Part shown: in pieces, positions 24,131-39,492 of the stretch
How the letters are laid out: every line of letters starts with the position of its first letter
Position numbering within the stretch: position 1 is the stretch's first letter
Assembly (NCBI RefSeq): GCF_006345805.1
Contig: NC_043004.1
Span: 15,872,001-15,936,000 of the forward strand
Source: Octopus sinensis
Lineage: Eukaryota
Direction: 5' to 3'
Length of the DNA stretch: 64,000 nucleotides
Position numbers and translations under genes: made by a program
The notes under the pieces: generated by a model
The model's database searches: none
What the model was told of the DNA's origin: nothing
Seen by the model: only the letters and a program-made list of their open reading frames with translations

Positions 24131-27100
24131 ACTGGGTCACCGAATATTGAAGGGAACCTACTACTAAAATCATTATTAAGATATATAATTATGGTACATA
24201 ATCTTATAATTATAACAAGACTTATAAATATTCTTTAAAAATATCATAAAAAGATTGGCTGTCAAAAGAACCGCGCCGAATATGTTTGTTTGGACAATTA
24301 CAAGTGAGAAGAATTAGTTATGTCTGCCAAACGGGAAAATTATCTCTACTAAATAATCAAGAAAGAATAATTAAAGAATGTATGCTAATAATTCAGTCGA
24401 AGCGGAATTTATATGGAAGTTTAATTTCTATTAGCAACTAATGGGTCATCAAATATTTACACATTACTCGGTTGTGAATAGGATTAAATATTAACACCTA
24501 TATAATATATAGAGGTAGCTGTATAAAAATTGGTGCTTCGATAAATAATTACGTCTTGATGCCTTCTTGTAGTCAGTCTCTTATTCCAACTTATCTAATT
24601 CCAGTTGAACGCTGTGCAAACTTGTTAAAACGGAGTTAATTACGCAAATATATCGAATCAAAACTCGTTTCAACCATCGCAAGTACAGGTTTATGGAAAT
24701 GTTGCTAGTTATATGTTAACTGTAGATTATTTATCAGTTCTTAATGTGAGTGTCATTTAAATATATACTTTGTGTTTTAATACATAGTTTTCATATCGTC
24801 GACAACCTTATCAGTCTAAGTATTGATAGCTTATTGGCACAGCTAAAACTCCCTGTTTTATCGATATTTAGATTTGGATATGAATAATATTTTTGACATT
24901 CACCGGAACTACTTCCTACTGCTATAGAATAATACTCGACAAGCTATCGTATTGACGGAAGAGATATTGGACAACTTAATCCTGTGTACATGGAAAATAA
25001 TGACAAAATAGAAATATCTAAAACTTGTAAGTTTTCTAGATCAGTGCTCACTCGGGATTAAAAGCAAAACCGAGTTGGTACACGTTACCTTCATTCGTAT
25101 GCTTTTCTAATATCGTACGAATTTAACTGGATTTTGACAAAACAAAGCATAACTCGGTTCTTGTTGTCACTAAATGCACGACAGTAAAACTGTTTTAGAG
25201 GATTGCTTTGACTTGTAGAGGGAAAGGATAAAACTAAATTCTTGAAAGTCACCAACAACTAACAGGTAAGCTGCGCAAGAATATTAACTGACAAGACATA
25301 ATTCGTGTGCATTTCCCAGAAGCTAAACAAAAGTCAACCAAAAGAAGTCTGTGACTTGATGTATCAGCATAAGGTTTTATTTTTCTGGCGTATCTCAATC
25401 TATCGCTAGATCCGTGGACTGCATTATATATGCATAATATTTTGCTAAAATGTCACATTCGTAAATAAACGATCACGTCTAATACATTACAGACAGAAAC
25501 AATTTGCTTTTCTATATCCACTAGATATCTACGATGAGAGAATATTCTGTGTTTTTAAGAAACTTTGAAAAACAATATTTTTTCTGTGAAATATGTTTCA
25601 TATTTATAGATTATATTTCATATGTCACAGTTTAATTTTTTTAAACTTTTGAATGTCTATGACACCAACAAGAAGAAAACATATTTCACTCTTTGAAGAC
25701 ATATATCCAAGAAAAAATACAATTACATTTTATGTAAAGCTATCGATCTGTTACTGGTGGCGAAATTAGAAAAAGAAAATCTCTTACACTGATGGAATAA
25801 CAAACTTACAACAATTGGACAAAATTCCTTGCGGTATTTTTTCTTCACTTTACATCCTGCATTTCAATTCCACCAAGATTAAAATCCCCTTTTCCACCTT
25901 TCCTAGATCGTTAATATAAAAGATGTGAGCAGACTATTTAATATACTATACCATCGGTAAAATTTGTGCCCTTGACCCAGTATTAGAATACAGAGCAAAG
26001 AGTACTCAAATATACCCTCATACAAACAATGTTACGCATGGCATAATTTGAAAAATTATTTATTACAATAAAACAAACTTAGGGAGACATATGCATCCTA
26101 ATAAAACTTGTGATACATTTAATGTACTTTTGTTATTTGAAATTCTAAGCGTAATGGTCGTGTAAACTCAGTTGTAATTTATTTCAGAATTGCCAATCTG
26201 TCACTTGAAAACAATACTCTATAAATATGTTACAAAAGTTATGTCCAATGCAATTTAGTTAGCAGTGTGCCTGTCTTTGATCGCTGAACTTAAATTCCCA
26301 CAACCCTATTAAACTAATAACAGATATACTTCATTTTGTTGCTCCGAACTAAAGTTCAGATGCTGACATTAGATTTATATCGTCCGGATAGAATTGTCTC
26401 TCAAGTGATGAAAAAGAATATATTTTATATCTTTTCTGTTTATTTGTAAAATATTGTTAAATGTGAATTTCAAAAAGTAGGCTTCTGCGGTTCTTGCATT
26501 TAGACATTATTTTACTACATTTAAGTAAATATCTGTCACCGTATCTTTTTACGTAGAATTGAGTGTTTTTACTCAAATTAATTGTCATATTTCATTCTGA
26601 AGGGTCATTTCACTAGCACTATGACGATAAATGTATACGAACAAAGGATGAGTGGGTAAACCTGCCAACATAAATTCACCTTGCTTACGTTGGAAATAGC
26701 TGAAATAAAAAAAAGTTCATAAGATACAGCTCTCGTTTATAGAAGCTGTTGACATGTTCTGTGTTGCATATTGAAGTGTATCTGTGTTAATCAAAGTAGA
26801 GTCCTCTGTAGATCTCAATTGGTCGACTGATATGTGTAACCCTTTTACAATATGTGTATTTATAATAACAACATGAAATATGTTATGCGTTTTACCTCTT
26901 TAGTTTAGAAATCTAAGATTAAGCATTAAGATGGATCCTATTAGAGTGTGTTAGTTTATAATTTAATCTCTCAGAGAATTTAGAAGTGGAGAACTTTTTC
27001 ATTCATTCATAACCGCTAATGTTACTCAATCTTCTCGCTGTTTAACCGATATATAATAGAATATTACAGTTAGTGGCATTTATAGTGGCGGCGATTATTT

Positions 27101-27989
27101 CTTTTTCGACTTCACTGAAGTAAGTTTCGACAAGCGAACATCCCTATTCGAATATCTAGACTTGATTCAGCAGTTGCTGGACAGGGAATATTTAATAGAA
27201 ATTGACCAATGTGTTGATATATTCTAAGATGAAGTATCATAATTAAAAATTTTGCAAATGGCTCCTGCGTTTTATCATATGGCACCCCAGAGAAGCCATT
27301 AAAGTTTCTTAAAATGTTGGAATATTAATAACTAAGACACTAAATGTTAGCCAATTTAGAATTAGAGAGCTACGCATTATAAAGTAAAAATGCATTTTTT
27401 GTCGAAAGAAACATTACACCCAAGGGCAATGATGTTAGACTAGTACAGATAGACAACAGTGTAATGTCGTTATTAGGAGTGGTTGAGAGGGTGAAAGAGA
27501 AGAGTAAAGTGTAGTGTCAGAAAGGAAGAGCGGACGCTAAGCTAAGAGAAGTTTAGAGAGGTCAGTGTGGGTATGAGTTAAGGTACTTGCAAACAAGATA
27601 GGAGGAATGAAGGGAGGAATGACTGGAGGATTGAACAGGTAGAATAAAGTGACAATTGGGAAATTAGCAATTGGCGATAGGGAAAGGAAAAGCTGAAAAT
27701 GAAAAATGACAAAATAGAAGAAATGATGAAAGAATGTAAAAATGATGAGAAGCTGAGGCAGTGTGAAAGGGGACGGTTCTAATAGAGTACATGAACTGTG
27801 AGGAGGGCCTTGGATATCCTCGTTTAAAATTCCAGGAGGTTGTTTTTTCCTTTCCAGAAATGAAAAAAAGTTCAAGAGTTTAAAGGTTTAAAAGTTTCTA
27901 CAGTTTACTTCCCACTTTCGCCTTCTCAACGTCTCCTAATTTCAATGTCACCCTGTTGTCTATCAGTAATAGATCACAATTATCTTCCC

Positions 27990-28300
27990 TGGGATACCCC
28001 AACAGATTAATGATGTTAGAGTTTCGAAACAGTCTCTGCTTCTCGTTGCTACAAGCTTGCGTGCTACACTTAGCCAGGTACTCTTCGGACATGCATTCCG
28101 TTTTCTCTCATCACCCATTTTGTATCCGATACAAACAAATCCAGTATTAAAATCATCGCGTATATCTTTCTCTCCAGAACTTCGATCCATTCAGTTTCTC
28201 CCCGTATGCGTGCTTTTCCTTTTCCCATGGTCATCTATTAGCGATACTTTAATTTCATCAATATTGGAATATCTGGAAAGGTCACGAGCCTTACTCTTTT
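27990..28300 (-). mobile_element. Possible very old RTE-like 3' relic
   Basis: Minus-strand KARDLSRYSNIDEIKVSLIDD and GDERKRNACPKSTWLSVARK loosely resemble RD.IRN..IR...V..I.D and G.RKRGRPK.TW..VVRKD. Confidence 0.25.
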
Positions 28301-29254
28301 TCTCAGAACTTTCGATTATAATTGCGGATGTAATCACAAAGCAGGAATTTAAAGTTTTATCCGCAGCAAGCGAAATAAAATATTTCAGTTCTAATAATGA
28401 CTTTCGATATTACTTGTGTCATGTTTAAAGGTCAATATTATATTGGCAGTGCATGTCTTTAAGCGGTTACTTCAACTACAAAATGTAGAAATCCTCAAAG
28501 GAAGATTGGAATAGATCTGAAATAATCTAGAAATTCAGCTGTGTCACAGCACTGAACCAATCAGCTTATCCTACTAACTAAAATATCTGACATTGACGTT
28601 ACTACGTCATATCAAAAGATTGCAAACGAAACATTTTCCTTTACACACGTGTCTTTGTTATTTACAATTTTTACTTCATATGCACCGATACTTCTCTTTC
28701 AACAGTGAACGTATTTTAGTTTCGTATTTATTTATCGAGAACATTAAAGGTATATAATGTCTTAGAACATACATTGTTTTATTTATTCCGTTTCATATTA
28801 CAGTATTTGTATAACACCTTAAATTATTATCAGATAATTAGATAATTAATCAATCAATAAATTAGTCAATCACGTAATTAAGTAATACGTTTGCCAGAAC
28901 ACTTCTCACACAAACTGCAACAACGCGTTTCATCTGCAATTCCTTTGCGCTTCAAACGGCATACGTCTAGAGAAGTGCATGACGGGGACATCAAAATCGA
29001 TAAGGCCACGGGTTGAAGGGATAGAAAACTGCGATACCAATTAATCAATTAATCACTTCATTTATTAATCATCTCCTTAATTGACAATAAATATGATGTA
29101 CAGTAAAACCAGTGCATGATTATTAAGTCCAGATTCATTATCCTAAAGTACAAACACACACACATTTATATCTTTAAATATACGTATATATGCATAAATA
29201 TATACATGTATATATATATATATATATACATACATACACACATGCGTCCCCTCC

Positions 29255-29302
<48 letters not shown>

Positions 29303-29905
29303 TATATATGTATATACATGGATGCATACACCCTGATATTGTTATGTGTGATAGGAAATAAACTCTTGCAGTATTCTAGATCTCAGCTGTCCAACGGATG
29401 TCAATGTACATTCATATGTCCAGGAACCAGACTACATTTATGGCGAATAAGTGCGGAATTTACAGCTCTTGTATACCGACTAGAAATTATCATTTGTACC
29501 TAGCACCATAATTGCATTAAGTTATGTACCAAGAAATTTGCCGAAATTTGCACAGGAACCTTGAAATGCTCGATTTTACGGAAGAAAATGCAAATGATAC
29601 TGACGCAGATTCTCGAAGTCCAAACAATTAGTGGCACAAAGAAGACCTTTAAGATATTTTAAAATATCTCATGTGAATAGATGTGCACAACGTAGGTGTA
29701 TGGATCAACACATCAACTCAACCACATGTTTATAAACACGCGGGACTCTCTAAGTCTTGCTGCTTTATCAGTGACCGGTTTGAATCTTATGAAGAATAAC
29801 TTAAATTTAACTCAAAAGAAAAAGATATATACATAAATATATACATACAAAATTAGATATGTGGGTGCGTGTTTTTATGTATATATGTGTGTGTGTGTGT
29901 ACATA

Positions 29906-29988
<83 letters not shown>

Positions 29989-32014
29989 TTATACAGTCAT
30001 GAAATTTTACAAATGCACTTTCTCAGGGAGATATAATATACCTGTTATAATGGGTAATACTACATGTACTTTTCATATTTTTTATAGTGTGATGTAACTC
30101 TTTGGAATAACAATGTTTGTGGCTGAAGAGAGCTTTAAACTATATTTTGTATCAATTATACACTGATTTAAGAAAGGAGTCGTTTATAAAGTTCGAAACA
30201 CGTGTACTGTGATACACTTTGTGTTCTGTTTTTGAGTTTATTTGATATATTCCCTCTCACCTCTGCCACTATCTGGCATATACAGGTGCTTACACTTATC
30301 AAATATCCACCCTAAATTTGCAGTATATATATATATATATATATATATATAACTGTGCATATGTATGTAAATGTCTTTTTTATGCGCAGTCGTTTATAAA
30401 ATAACACAAATATTGAATTGAACTATTTCTCACAAATTTTTAGGAGCAGGATATATATTTTTAATTTTTACTAAGACTTCAAAGCCTTTTTCTATCTGTA
30501 GATCACATTTGATTTAACATGTTTTATCTGTAGTTATTTGGGATTTATTTTTAGAAGGCGCTGATCTACTGCAAAGAAATTGTGATTTCAGAGGTATTTT
30601 TTGACTTTATCAGGCGGAAAAACTATATGGGGGAAAGAGAATCAGTACACTAAAAACAGGATGAGTAATATAAATGAGGAGCAAAAGAAGACTGCTAACG
30701 TGCAAAAATGTATGGGGTCAAACGGATGGGGTGATAAAATGCTCCTTCTCGTATGAGAATTTTAGGATGACTAAAGGCATTATTGATCTTCTCTATGGTA
30801 TCGCTATGTTTCATACCTGGTGTTCGAAGATAGATTACATAAGAATACGTGCCATATATATGTCACAGTTTATACATATTAAGTGGTTTCTTTGAAAACT
30901 ATATTGAGTCACAATAAATTTTTAGTGCCCGTCTAGTAATGTATATAGATGTATATGAGAACATGTCAGAGATCGAATTCACTTTCTTATGGGAAATAGC
31001 TCTTATTAAGCATATTTTTAGCTGAATAAGTATTTTATTTCCAGGGCACTCGTTCTCTAGATAAAAGTACGTGTTATTAGATGATTACACAATAGTTTTT
31101 GATGTCAATACAAAATTTTAAAACTCAGTAAACATGCCATCACAATTAAATGAACGCATCATTCATGTAACATGGATTAGTATAAAAATATCTAACATCA
31201 AGACTATATAGTTACACAGAGGCTACTATGAACTCTATCGATAAGTTTTAAATGAGGACTAATCAATTTAGCTACCAAAAGCGCATTCACATAGTTTTCT
31301 CAATCATATCATATATATATGTATATATGTGTGTTTGTGTGTGTGTGTACATATATATATATATACATATATTTGCAAGAACAGGTATTTATATGCATGC
31401 ATATATATATTTATATATATATATATATGCATATATATGTGTGCATATCTCTATGTATGTGTATATAGAGACAAAAAATAGAGAAAAAGGAGTGACACAG
31501 ATGGGTGATATATACATGCGTGTACATAGTACGCACTAATGCCCTGTATTTGGTTATATTGATGTATGGCTTATGAAGTTTATCCGTTAAATTCTATAAA
31601 AATATAAAATCCAAAGAAAGTAATTATATTGACTTGAGAAAAGCCAGTACGATTGAAAGGTAGTGAAGGGTCTGTGTTTTAAATTGTATAACACACTATT
31701 ATCTTCTGTTAACATGCAATTATTAGCTAATATTGATGTTAATATAATGTATTATACTGTTCATCCTCTTCTTCTTGTTTAGTTAGGTTTTTTTCATTTA
31801 CTGATCATACAGAATAGCTGAGTGAATGCAAGCTAATTAGATCGTCAGGCTACATTGAAATATTTACTACTATAAAATATCGATAAAGTAAAACTTAGGA
31901 GATTCTATTTGATCTCCTTTTCAAAACAAACAACATTAGTTTGAAAGGAGATAAATTTAAAAATCAGCGCAAATGTATAAATATTAAGCGAAAAGCGTTT
32001 ACATGCAAACACGA

Positions 32015-32048
<34 letters not shown>

Positions 32049-32186
32049 CCATACACACAAGCACACATATACATTCACATGTGCGCATGCGTGCACGTAC
32101 TGCCTTCTCACCACATATATGCACTGACGCACGCATTTACGCATGAACATATTTGTATATGCATATACTACACTTTACACACACAC

Positions 32187-32230
<44 letters not shown>

Positions 32231-32233
<3 letters not shown>

Positions 32234-33993
32234 CGTGTGTGATTGTGTATTTATATGCGTGTAGTTTGTGCGTGTGTGTGTTTGTTTGCGTATGCGTCTA
32301 CATAAAATGATGCATTTAAAAATATTATTTATACGATTGTATATACGTACTTGGCGGCAGGAAAATATATTGATTGCTTAAAGAGCTACAAGTTCCAGAA
32401 ATCATGTATATATTAGTGTTATGTTAAAATGTCAATTTAGAATATGAATTTAAAGCAAACAGCTCTGTGTAATCTAAATTCTCATTATGCTGTATAAAAT
32501 ATACTTATTGTCAATGCCGCGTGAATATATAAATAACGCAGAGTGTACGAACTCACAAGCTTATGAAAATTAATCAAATATTAACTATGTTACTCAGAAG
32601 TATTTATTTAATTTAAATTTGTTAAATATATTTCGTTTTTTTTTTTTCTACTAGAAAAAGTGTAGTTGTCATGTGACACACTCGGAAACGGTCCGAATAA
32701 ATCATATGTTGAAGTATTGCTATATTCACAGGTAATTTATTCATTACACTACGCAAATTATAACTAACATATTCCAAAATCTGAATTTACAAGTACGTTT
32801 TTGGTCTAATTTGTATTCTAGAAAAGGCAAGGTACTCCAAAGTGACATACAGCCTTAAAAATATGAGGTAATAAACCTGATATTAATTGTCCCATCTGTT
32901 TCCCTTTTCACCCTCCGTCACTCTCACAGATGCACACACTGTATATATATGTATGTATATATACATATATGTATATATTATACAAAGACGGAGAGAGAGC
33001 AATAGATAAATAGATGCATAAATACACACATGTGTATATATATAGTATATATATATACATATATATACACGTATATATATATATATAATATATATATATA
33101 TTATATATATATATATACGTGTGTGATTGTGTATTTATATGCGTGTAGTTTGTGCGTGTGTGTGTTTGTTTGCGTATGCGTCTACATAAAATGATGCATT
33201 TAAAAATATTATTTATACGATTGTATATACGTACTTGGCGGCAGGAAAATATATTGATTGCTTAAAGAGCTACAAGTTCCAGAAATCATGTATATATTAG
33301 TGTTATGTTAAAATGTCAATTTAGAATATGAATTTAAGCAAACAGCTCTGTGTAATCTAAATTCTCATTATGCTGTATAAAATATACTTATTGTCAATGC
33401 CGCGTGAATATATAAATAACGCAGAGTGTACGAACTCACCAGCTTATGAAAATTAATCAAATATTAACTATGTTACTCAGAAGTATTTATTTAATTTAAA
33501 TTTGTTAAATATATTTCGTTTTTTTTTTTCTACTAGAAAAAGTGTAGTTGTCATGTGACACACTCGGAAACGGTCCGAATAAATCATATGTTGAAGTATT
33601 GCTATATTCACAGGTAATTTATTCATTACACTACGCAACTTATAACTAACATATTCCAAAATCTGAATTTACAAGTACGTTTTTGGTCTAATTTGTATTC
33701 TAGAAAAGGCAAGGTACTCCAAAGTGACATACAGCCTTAAAAATATGAGGTAATAAACCTGATATTAATTGGAAATTTACCGGTAATGCTTGAACGCGAA
33801 TGTGTGTATTCCCATCTGTTTCCCTTTTCACCCTCCGTCACTCTCACAGATGCACACACTGTATATATATATGTATGTATATATACATATATGTATATAT
33901 TATACAAAGACGGAGAGAGAGCAATAGATAAATAGATGCATAAATACACACATGTGTATATATATATGTATATATATATACATATATATACAC

Positions 33994-33995
<2 letters not shown>
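32231..33995 (+). repeat. Tandem duplication of ~0.85-0.88 kb (copy 1 ~32231-33075, copy 2 ~33115-33995)
   Basis: Near-identical sequence at an offset of about 884 nt. Differences seen: a 38-nt segment only in copy 2 (33772-33809), two a/c substitutions, and homopolymer length changes. Both copies are bounded by (TA)n. Confidence 0.97.
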
Positions 33996-34090
<95 letters not shown>

Positions 34091-34339
34091 TGAAAGATAA
34101 CTCTCGCCCACATACGTAGGCCGTACACATGCAGACAGTCACGTCGCAGACACACACACATGAGTACACACCACGCGAAAAGTCACATCAACTACTGCAC
34201 ACAACACACACAAACACGTTACACGCGCGCACACACCATTCGCACATACACACACACGCAGGCTCACCTTCTTTTGTTGGGATCGCCAGCACTATTGTCA
34301 TCTCCCTTTCTTTCAACCCTTTTTTTTCAGTCATCAGCA

Positions 34340-34520
34340 TGCTGGACTATTGATCATTACACGTGTTTTTCGTCCTTATTCCTTCCTGTCAAAGAGAGTA
34401 CGGCTTGAAATGTAAACAGGCTTTTTCATTTTTCCCGAGCGTCAAATTAATACACTTGCTCGTTGTTTATACACATATCAACGTCTTCTGTTTTTTTTTT
34501 ATAATTTTCAACTATACATA
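34340..34520 (+). mobile_element. Penelope-like terminal repeat relic (same family as 8230-8400)
   Basis: ccttcctgtcaaagagagtacggcttgaaatgtaaacaggctttt aligns with the 8281 and 39141 cores; ends at (TA)n. Confidence 0.5.
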
Positions 34521-35546
34521 TATATATATATATCCATACATACATACAAACCAGAGAGTCACACACAAACATACAAACACGTACACGCACACATACACAC
34601 ACATACACACATATATATATGCAAGCGTTATAAATGCGTGTTTGTGTATGTGGAGCCGTGTGTGAGTGAACGTTTTTTCTTTCAAATTATGAGAGAAGAA
34701 CTCGTCATCAGTGCATGAGTTAATTTATCTTTTCTTAACGTACAATAAATATTTTATTTCATAAATAAGTATGGTAAAAGAAAAATTAAAACTGACTCGA
34801 AACAAATCATAACACTTTAATTCAATTAGTGATATATATTAGTGTGGAAAGTTAAAATAATTAATCTAGGATCACTTGTAGCATTCGCATCGGCCTCTAA
34901 AAATTGGTTTCTATCAATTCTGCTAGGCTCTGATTTCACGAACGTAAGCACGATTGATCAGTTGCTCCTAGTGATGGTGTTAACTGTTGCTGTTTCTAAA
35001 GCTTCTTAAGAGAGACGATGTGATTTGGATAGTTTGTTATCAACACTTAGTGGTCAACAGAAGCGTCGTATCTAGAACACTGTCGTCGGGATTGAATCAT
35101 TTTATTTTTCTTGATTTTCAAACAGTTTCCGTTTCCCTACTTTTTTTCTACATGGTGAGGGCTACGGATTTGAAATCAATATATTTACAGATAACATTCA
35201 ATATTATTTGTTTTATATGACAAAATAATACTTGCAATACTGTTAGCCCATTAGTTCATACATTAAAAAGAGATTTCCACTTAATATATGTGTGTGCGTA
35301 TGTGAGAGAGAGAGAGAAAGAGAGACAGAGAGAAATATAATTGAATTACCACTTAAAAATGTAACAAGCAAATTTTTGGGTGTGACGAGACACAAACAAT
35401 GATGCAGAGTGAAACATAAATATTGAACCATGGTAAGAAAAACCGAGAAATATTTTACGGAAAAGAGTGGTTGTTTCTGAGAAACAGATTATACTACAAA
35501 AGCGTTCGATCAATATAATAAAAATAAATAAATAAATGCGCACTTT

Positions 35547-35783
35547 TAAAGACTAACCAGGCTCATAGGCCCGGTTTCCTGGTTTCAATGGCGTATGTGT
35601 TCCCCAGCTAGACGAGACGCTAGTCCATCGCTGCGTTACTCAATTTTGCCAGCTGAGTGGACTGGAGCAACGTGAAATGAAGTGTTTGCTCAAGAACACA
35701 ACGCGTCGCTCGGACCAGGAATCGAAACCACAATCTTATGATTATGATGCTGAAACCCTAATCACTAAGCCACGCGCATTCAC
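35547..35783 (-). mobile_element. Well-preserved tRNA-headed CORE-like SINE
   Basis: Minus strand has A-box tggcttagtga, B-box ggtttcgattcc, and then gttgtgttcttgagcaaacacttcatttcacgttgctccagtccactcagctggcaaaa. Confidence 0.88.
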
Positions 35784-36264
35784 TTTCAATCAATATAGAG
35801 TTAAGTACGTAGGCACTAAATATCGGTCGCGATCGACAGATATAAAATAGCATATTAATATCATCGGCGATCATTTCGAATAGAAATGTTACTGAAACAT
35901 TTAAAATCTGTTTAGAAATCTATTTTCACATCACTTGGATTTGCAGACTTAAAATATCAAGGGATTTATTTCTACATAAATGAATTATTTCTATATTTTG
36001 GAATACTTCACTTCATATTTTAAAGCATGTTAACTCTTAATATTTTTCTCCCACAAAACAGGTAACAATATAAAACATCAAGGAGGACGAGAGAGATCAA
36101 TCAACAGGATGGCTGAGATGGCCAAAATAATGAGCTATTCACAAACACACACACATACACACACACGCGCACACGTCCTCACACATATATGCACACACGC
36201 ACACACACATACATACATGCACACAAAAGAAATATTCATATATGCATTATGCATAGATATATAA

Positions 36265-36423
36265 ATGGATAGATAGATAGGTAGATAGATAGATAGATAG
36301 ACAGATAGACAGATAGATAAAAAGGATAGACAGACAGACATACAGATACACAGGCAGACAGGCACACATACAGGCAGACAGAGAGGCAGACTGACAGATA
36401 TATATATATATAGATAGATAGAT

Positions 36424-36454
<31 letters not shown>

Positions 36455-36551
36455 TAGATAGATAGATAGATAGATACATACATAGATACGTAGATACATA
36501 GATAGAAAGATACATAGATAGACAGAGAGACAGAGAGACAGACAGACAGAC

Positions 36552-36586
<35 letters not shown>

Positions 36587-36606
36587 CAGATAGATAGATA
36601 GGTAGG

Positions 36607-36666
<60 letters not shown>

Positions 36667-36900
36667 GACTCAGACAGACAGGCAGACATACATACAGTCA
36701 GAGATGCAGACAGGCAGGGAGACAGACAGACAGACAGACACACAAGCAGATAGACAGATAGATAGAAAGACAGATAGACAGACAGATAGATAGATAGATA
36801 CATACATACATACATACATACATACATACATACATACATACATACATACATACATACATACATGCATGCATGCATACATACATACAAACATACAAACATA
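36265..36900. repeat. Compound tetranucleotide array (TAGA/CAGA/CATA)n
   Basis: Read directly; it is the source of the spurious 260-aa ORF 36135-36917. Confidence 0.97.
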
Positions 36901-37943
36901 CATATTGTTGACGACATTAGAAGTTTATAAATTTCGATCCCATGAATAATTCACTTTTGGAATGGTAAATCTCGGAGCAACTGAACCGTGTAAATATAGG
37001 GATAAGGAATCTTCGAATTTTACTAGCAAAAGGGTTTTTAAACCAATATTTACACGGTATTGCTTAAACATTTGCTTGCTTCGAGATCCGCTATGATATA
37101 TGTATGCATTTACGTGTGTTTGTGCAAGTGTTTGTGTGTGAGTTTACGTGTGTTTTTTCTTCTGACAATACGACTATGTAGTGAATTAACACAAATGACT
37201 AAGTTTTTAGGTTGAGAGAGAGTGTGCTATCAATAAAGAACGTATACAAGCACGAAATTGCGTATAAGATGTACATATTAATATTTAATGATGATGAACC
37301 AGATCATCTATGAGGATCATATATCCAACTGCTTATATATGTATATATGCTCTTGGACACCCGCTTCAGTTATTCATACGGGTTAGTGTACAAATGAAAG
37401 GACGAGGAAGCCAATGAGTTGAGTAGGAGTTACATATCATTATTCACACAATTTGATTCAGCCTCCATGCAACTTAATGTTTTGTAGGAGCGTGCGTATG
37501 ATTATATGTAGTTGTGTGTATGTGAGTGTGTGTGTGTATGTGTGAGTATAAGCAGTCTGAAAACGGCGAGGAAACTAGCAATGCTGAGTTTCAACTTGTT
37601 CCGTGTAATGGAATGATAATTATGCACTTTGCTAACTTAAGTTAACGGAAGAGTATGTAGATGCTTCGGACGTTAGTTCCTCATCAAAAGACAGAGAAAT
37701 CATAGCTGTGATATAAAATGTAGGGGTAGTGATAAAAAAAGGACAAAAGTTTAGAAACCAAGGGTGAAATTCTTCATGGAGAATTGAGAGGAAAGCGTCA
37801 GTGTATATGTACATGTATACTAATGTATTAATATTTGGAGATGGTCATATTGGCGAGTATATGGGTATTTTAATGTATGACCACAGAAGTTGCAAGTGTG
37901 AAAGTGGTATATGTTTTTAGAGTATGTATGTGCTTATTTGTGT

Positions 37944-38035
<92 letters not shown>

Positions 38036-39014
38036 ATTATCACTTTGTGTTACACGGTTCCTGTTGTGAATTGTGCGTTGAAACAGATATTGTATTTCGC
38101 GATGGTCCTTTTTTTGTCAAATACACGCACTCTATATTTGTTCTCTCCTTTATCACTGTTTTTATATTGTTTAACTCATGTACATTGTCCAGAAGTCTTT
38201 CGCCACACAATTGTGACCTCTTCAGTAGCACTTTTTGTTTTCGTGTGTGCTCTTGCTCCACTTTACTCCATTGTGTTCTTCTAAGATGTGTATCCTTCTG
38301 TGCGCATCCTTTTGCATCCTTGTTTCTGTGTGTGTGCATGTGTGTGTGTGTGTATGCGTGTGTATGTGAGCGTATGTGCATATTTATGTGTGTGTGTATG
38401 CGTGTGTATGTGAGCGTATATGTATGTTTATGTGTGTGTCATTTTTCTTAACAGCAGTGTGGCGTTCCCCTCAGCCTCATCCTCTCACCCCATTGTGCGG
38501 CTGCTGGCCTAAGACCCGAAAATTTGGTACAGATCCTGTATCTCTCTGTGTTTGTGTGTTCGCCTGCGCTGTTGCCATCGTGGGAGTTGTTGTTGCTGTA
38601 ATCTCCTTATTTGTCACTGCCGCTGCTGCTATCGTTCTCATTCATATTGTTGATATTGTCGTGGACATCCGTTAAATTTCTAGCATTTGTGTATGGTTTC
38701 GCTTCGTACGTTGTTTGTATTCATGCACTTTTTATGGATGTATACTCATACACACATATACATGCACAGACGCATGCGCACATAAGGATACAGACCTTAG
38801 AATAACACAATGGAGTAAGTGGAATAAGAATACACACGATGGCAAAAAGTGTCGCTGAAGAGGTCACAGACATATGACGAAAGATTTCTGGACAATGGAC
38901 AGGAGATTAAAATAATAAAAGAATAAAAGTAGTAAACGAGAAAAGAAATATATATATATATAGTGCGTGTGTTTATTTTGGGAAAAAATGACCATCCTGA
39001 ATTCCAACAGCTAG

Positions 39015-39049
<35 letters not shown>

Positions 39050-39064
39050 GAGAGAGAGAGTTCA

Positions 39065-39200
39065 CGATAAAAAAAAAACGAAGACAGGTGGTGTACAAAA
39101 CAAACAGATGTATTAGTATAACGCTCAGGACTAGAAAAAGACTTTTACGTTCCGAGCCTACGCTGTTCTACAGAAAGGGACACAGAAAAAAAACAAGGAG
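39065..39200 (-). mobile_element. Penelope-like terminal repeat relic (same family as 8230-8400)
   Basis: Reverse complement reads tccctttctgtagaacagcgtaggctcggaacgtaaaagtcttttt...aatacatctgtttg...cacctgtcttcgtttt; abuts a (TA)n/(GA)n tract. Confidence 0.55.
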
Positions 39201-39420
39201 AGAAGCAAGGAGAGAGAAAAAAATGTGTGTAGTGGATACCGATCTATCGTGGCGACTGCCGGACAGAAGGGGCACACAGGATTAGTAGATAATATTTCTT
39301 TATTCGTATTCTAAAACGTATTCTAAAATTGGTTCCAGAAAATATCTTGATATCTTCAGAATCTTTCAAACCCCGGTCACATGAAGGAATGGTGTTCGTC
39401 TCCATTTTGAATGAAAACGC

Positions 39421-39480
<60 letters not shown>

Positions 39481-39492
39481 GTGTTTGTGTGT
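39421..39492. repeat. (TG)n microsatellite
   Basis: Read directly from the sequence. Confidence 0.97.
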
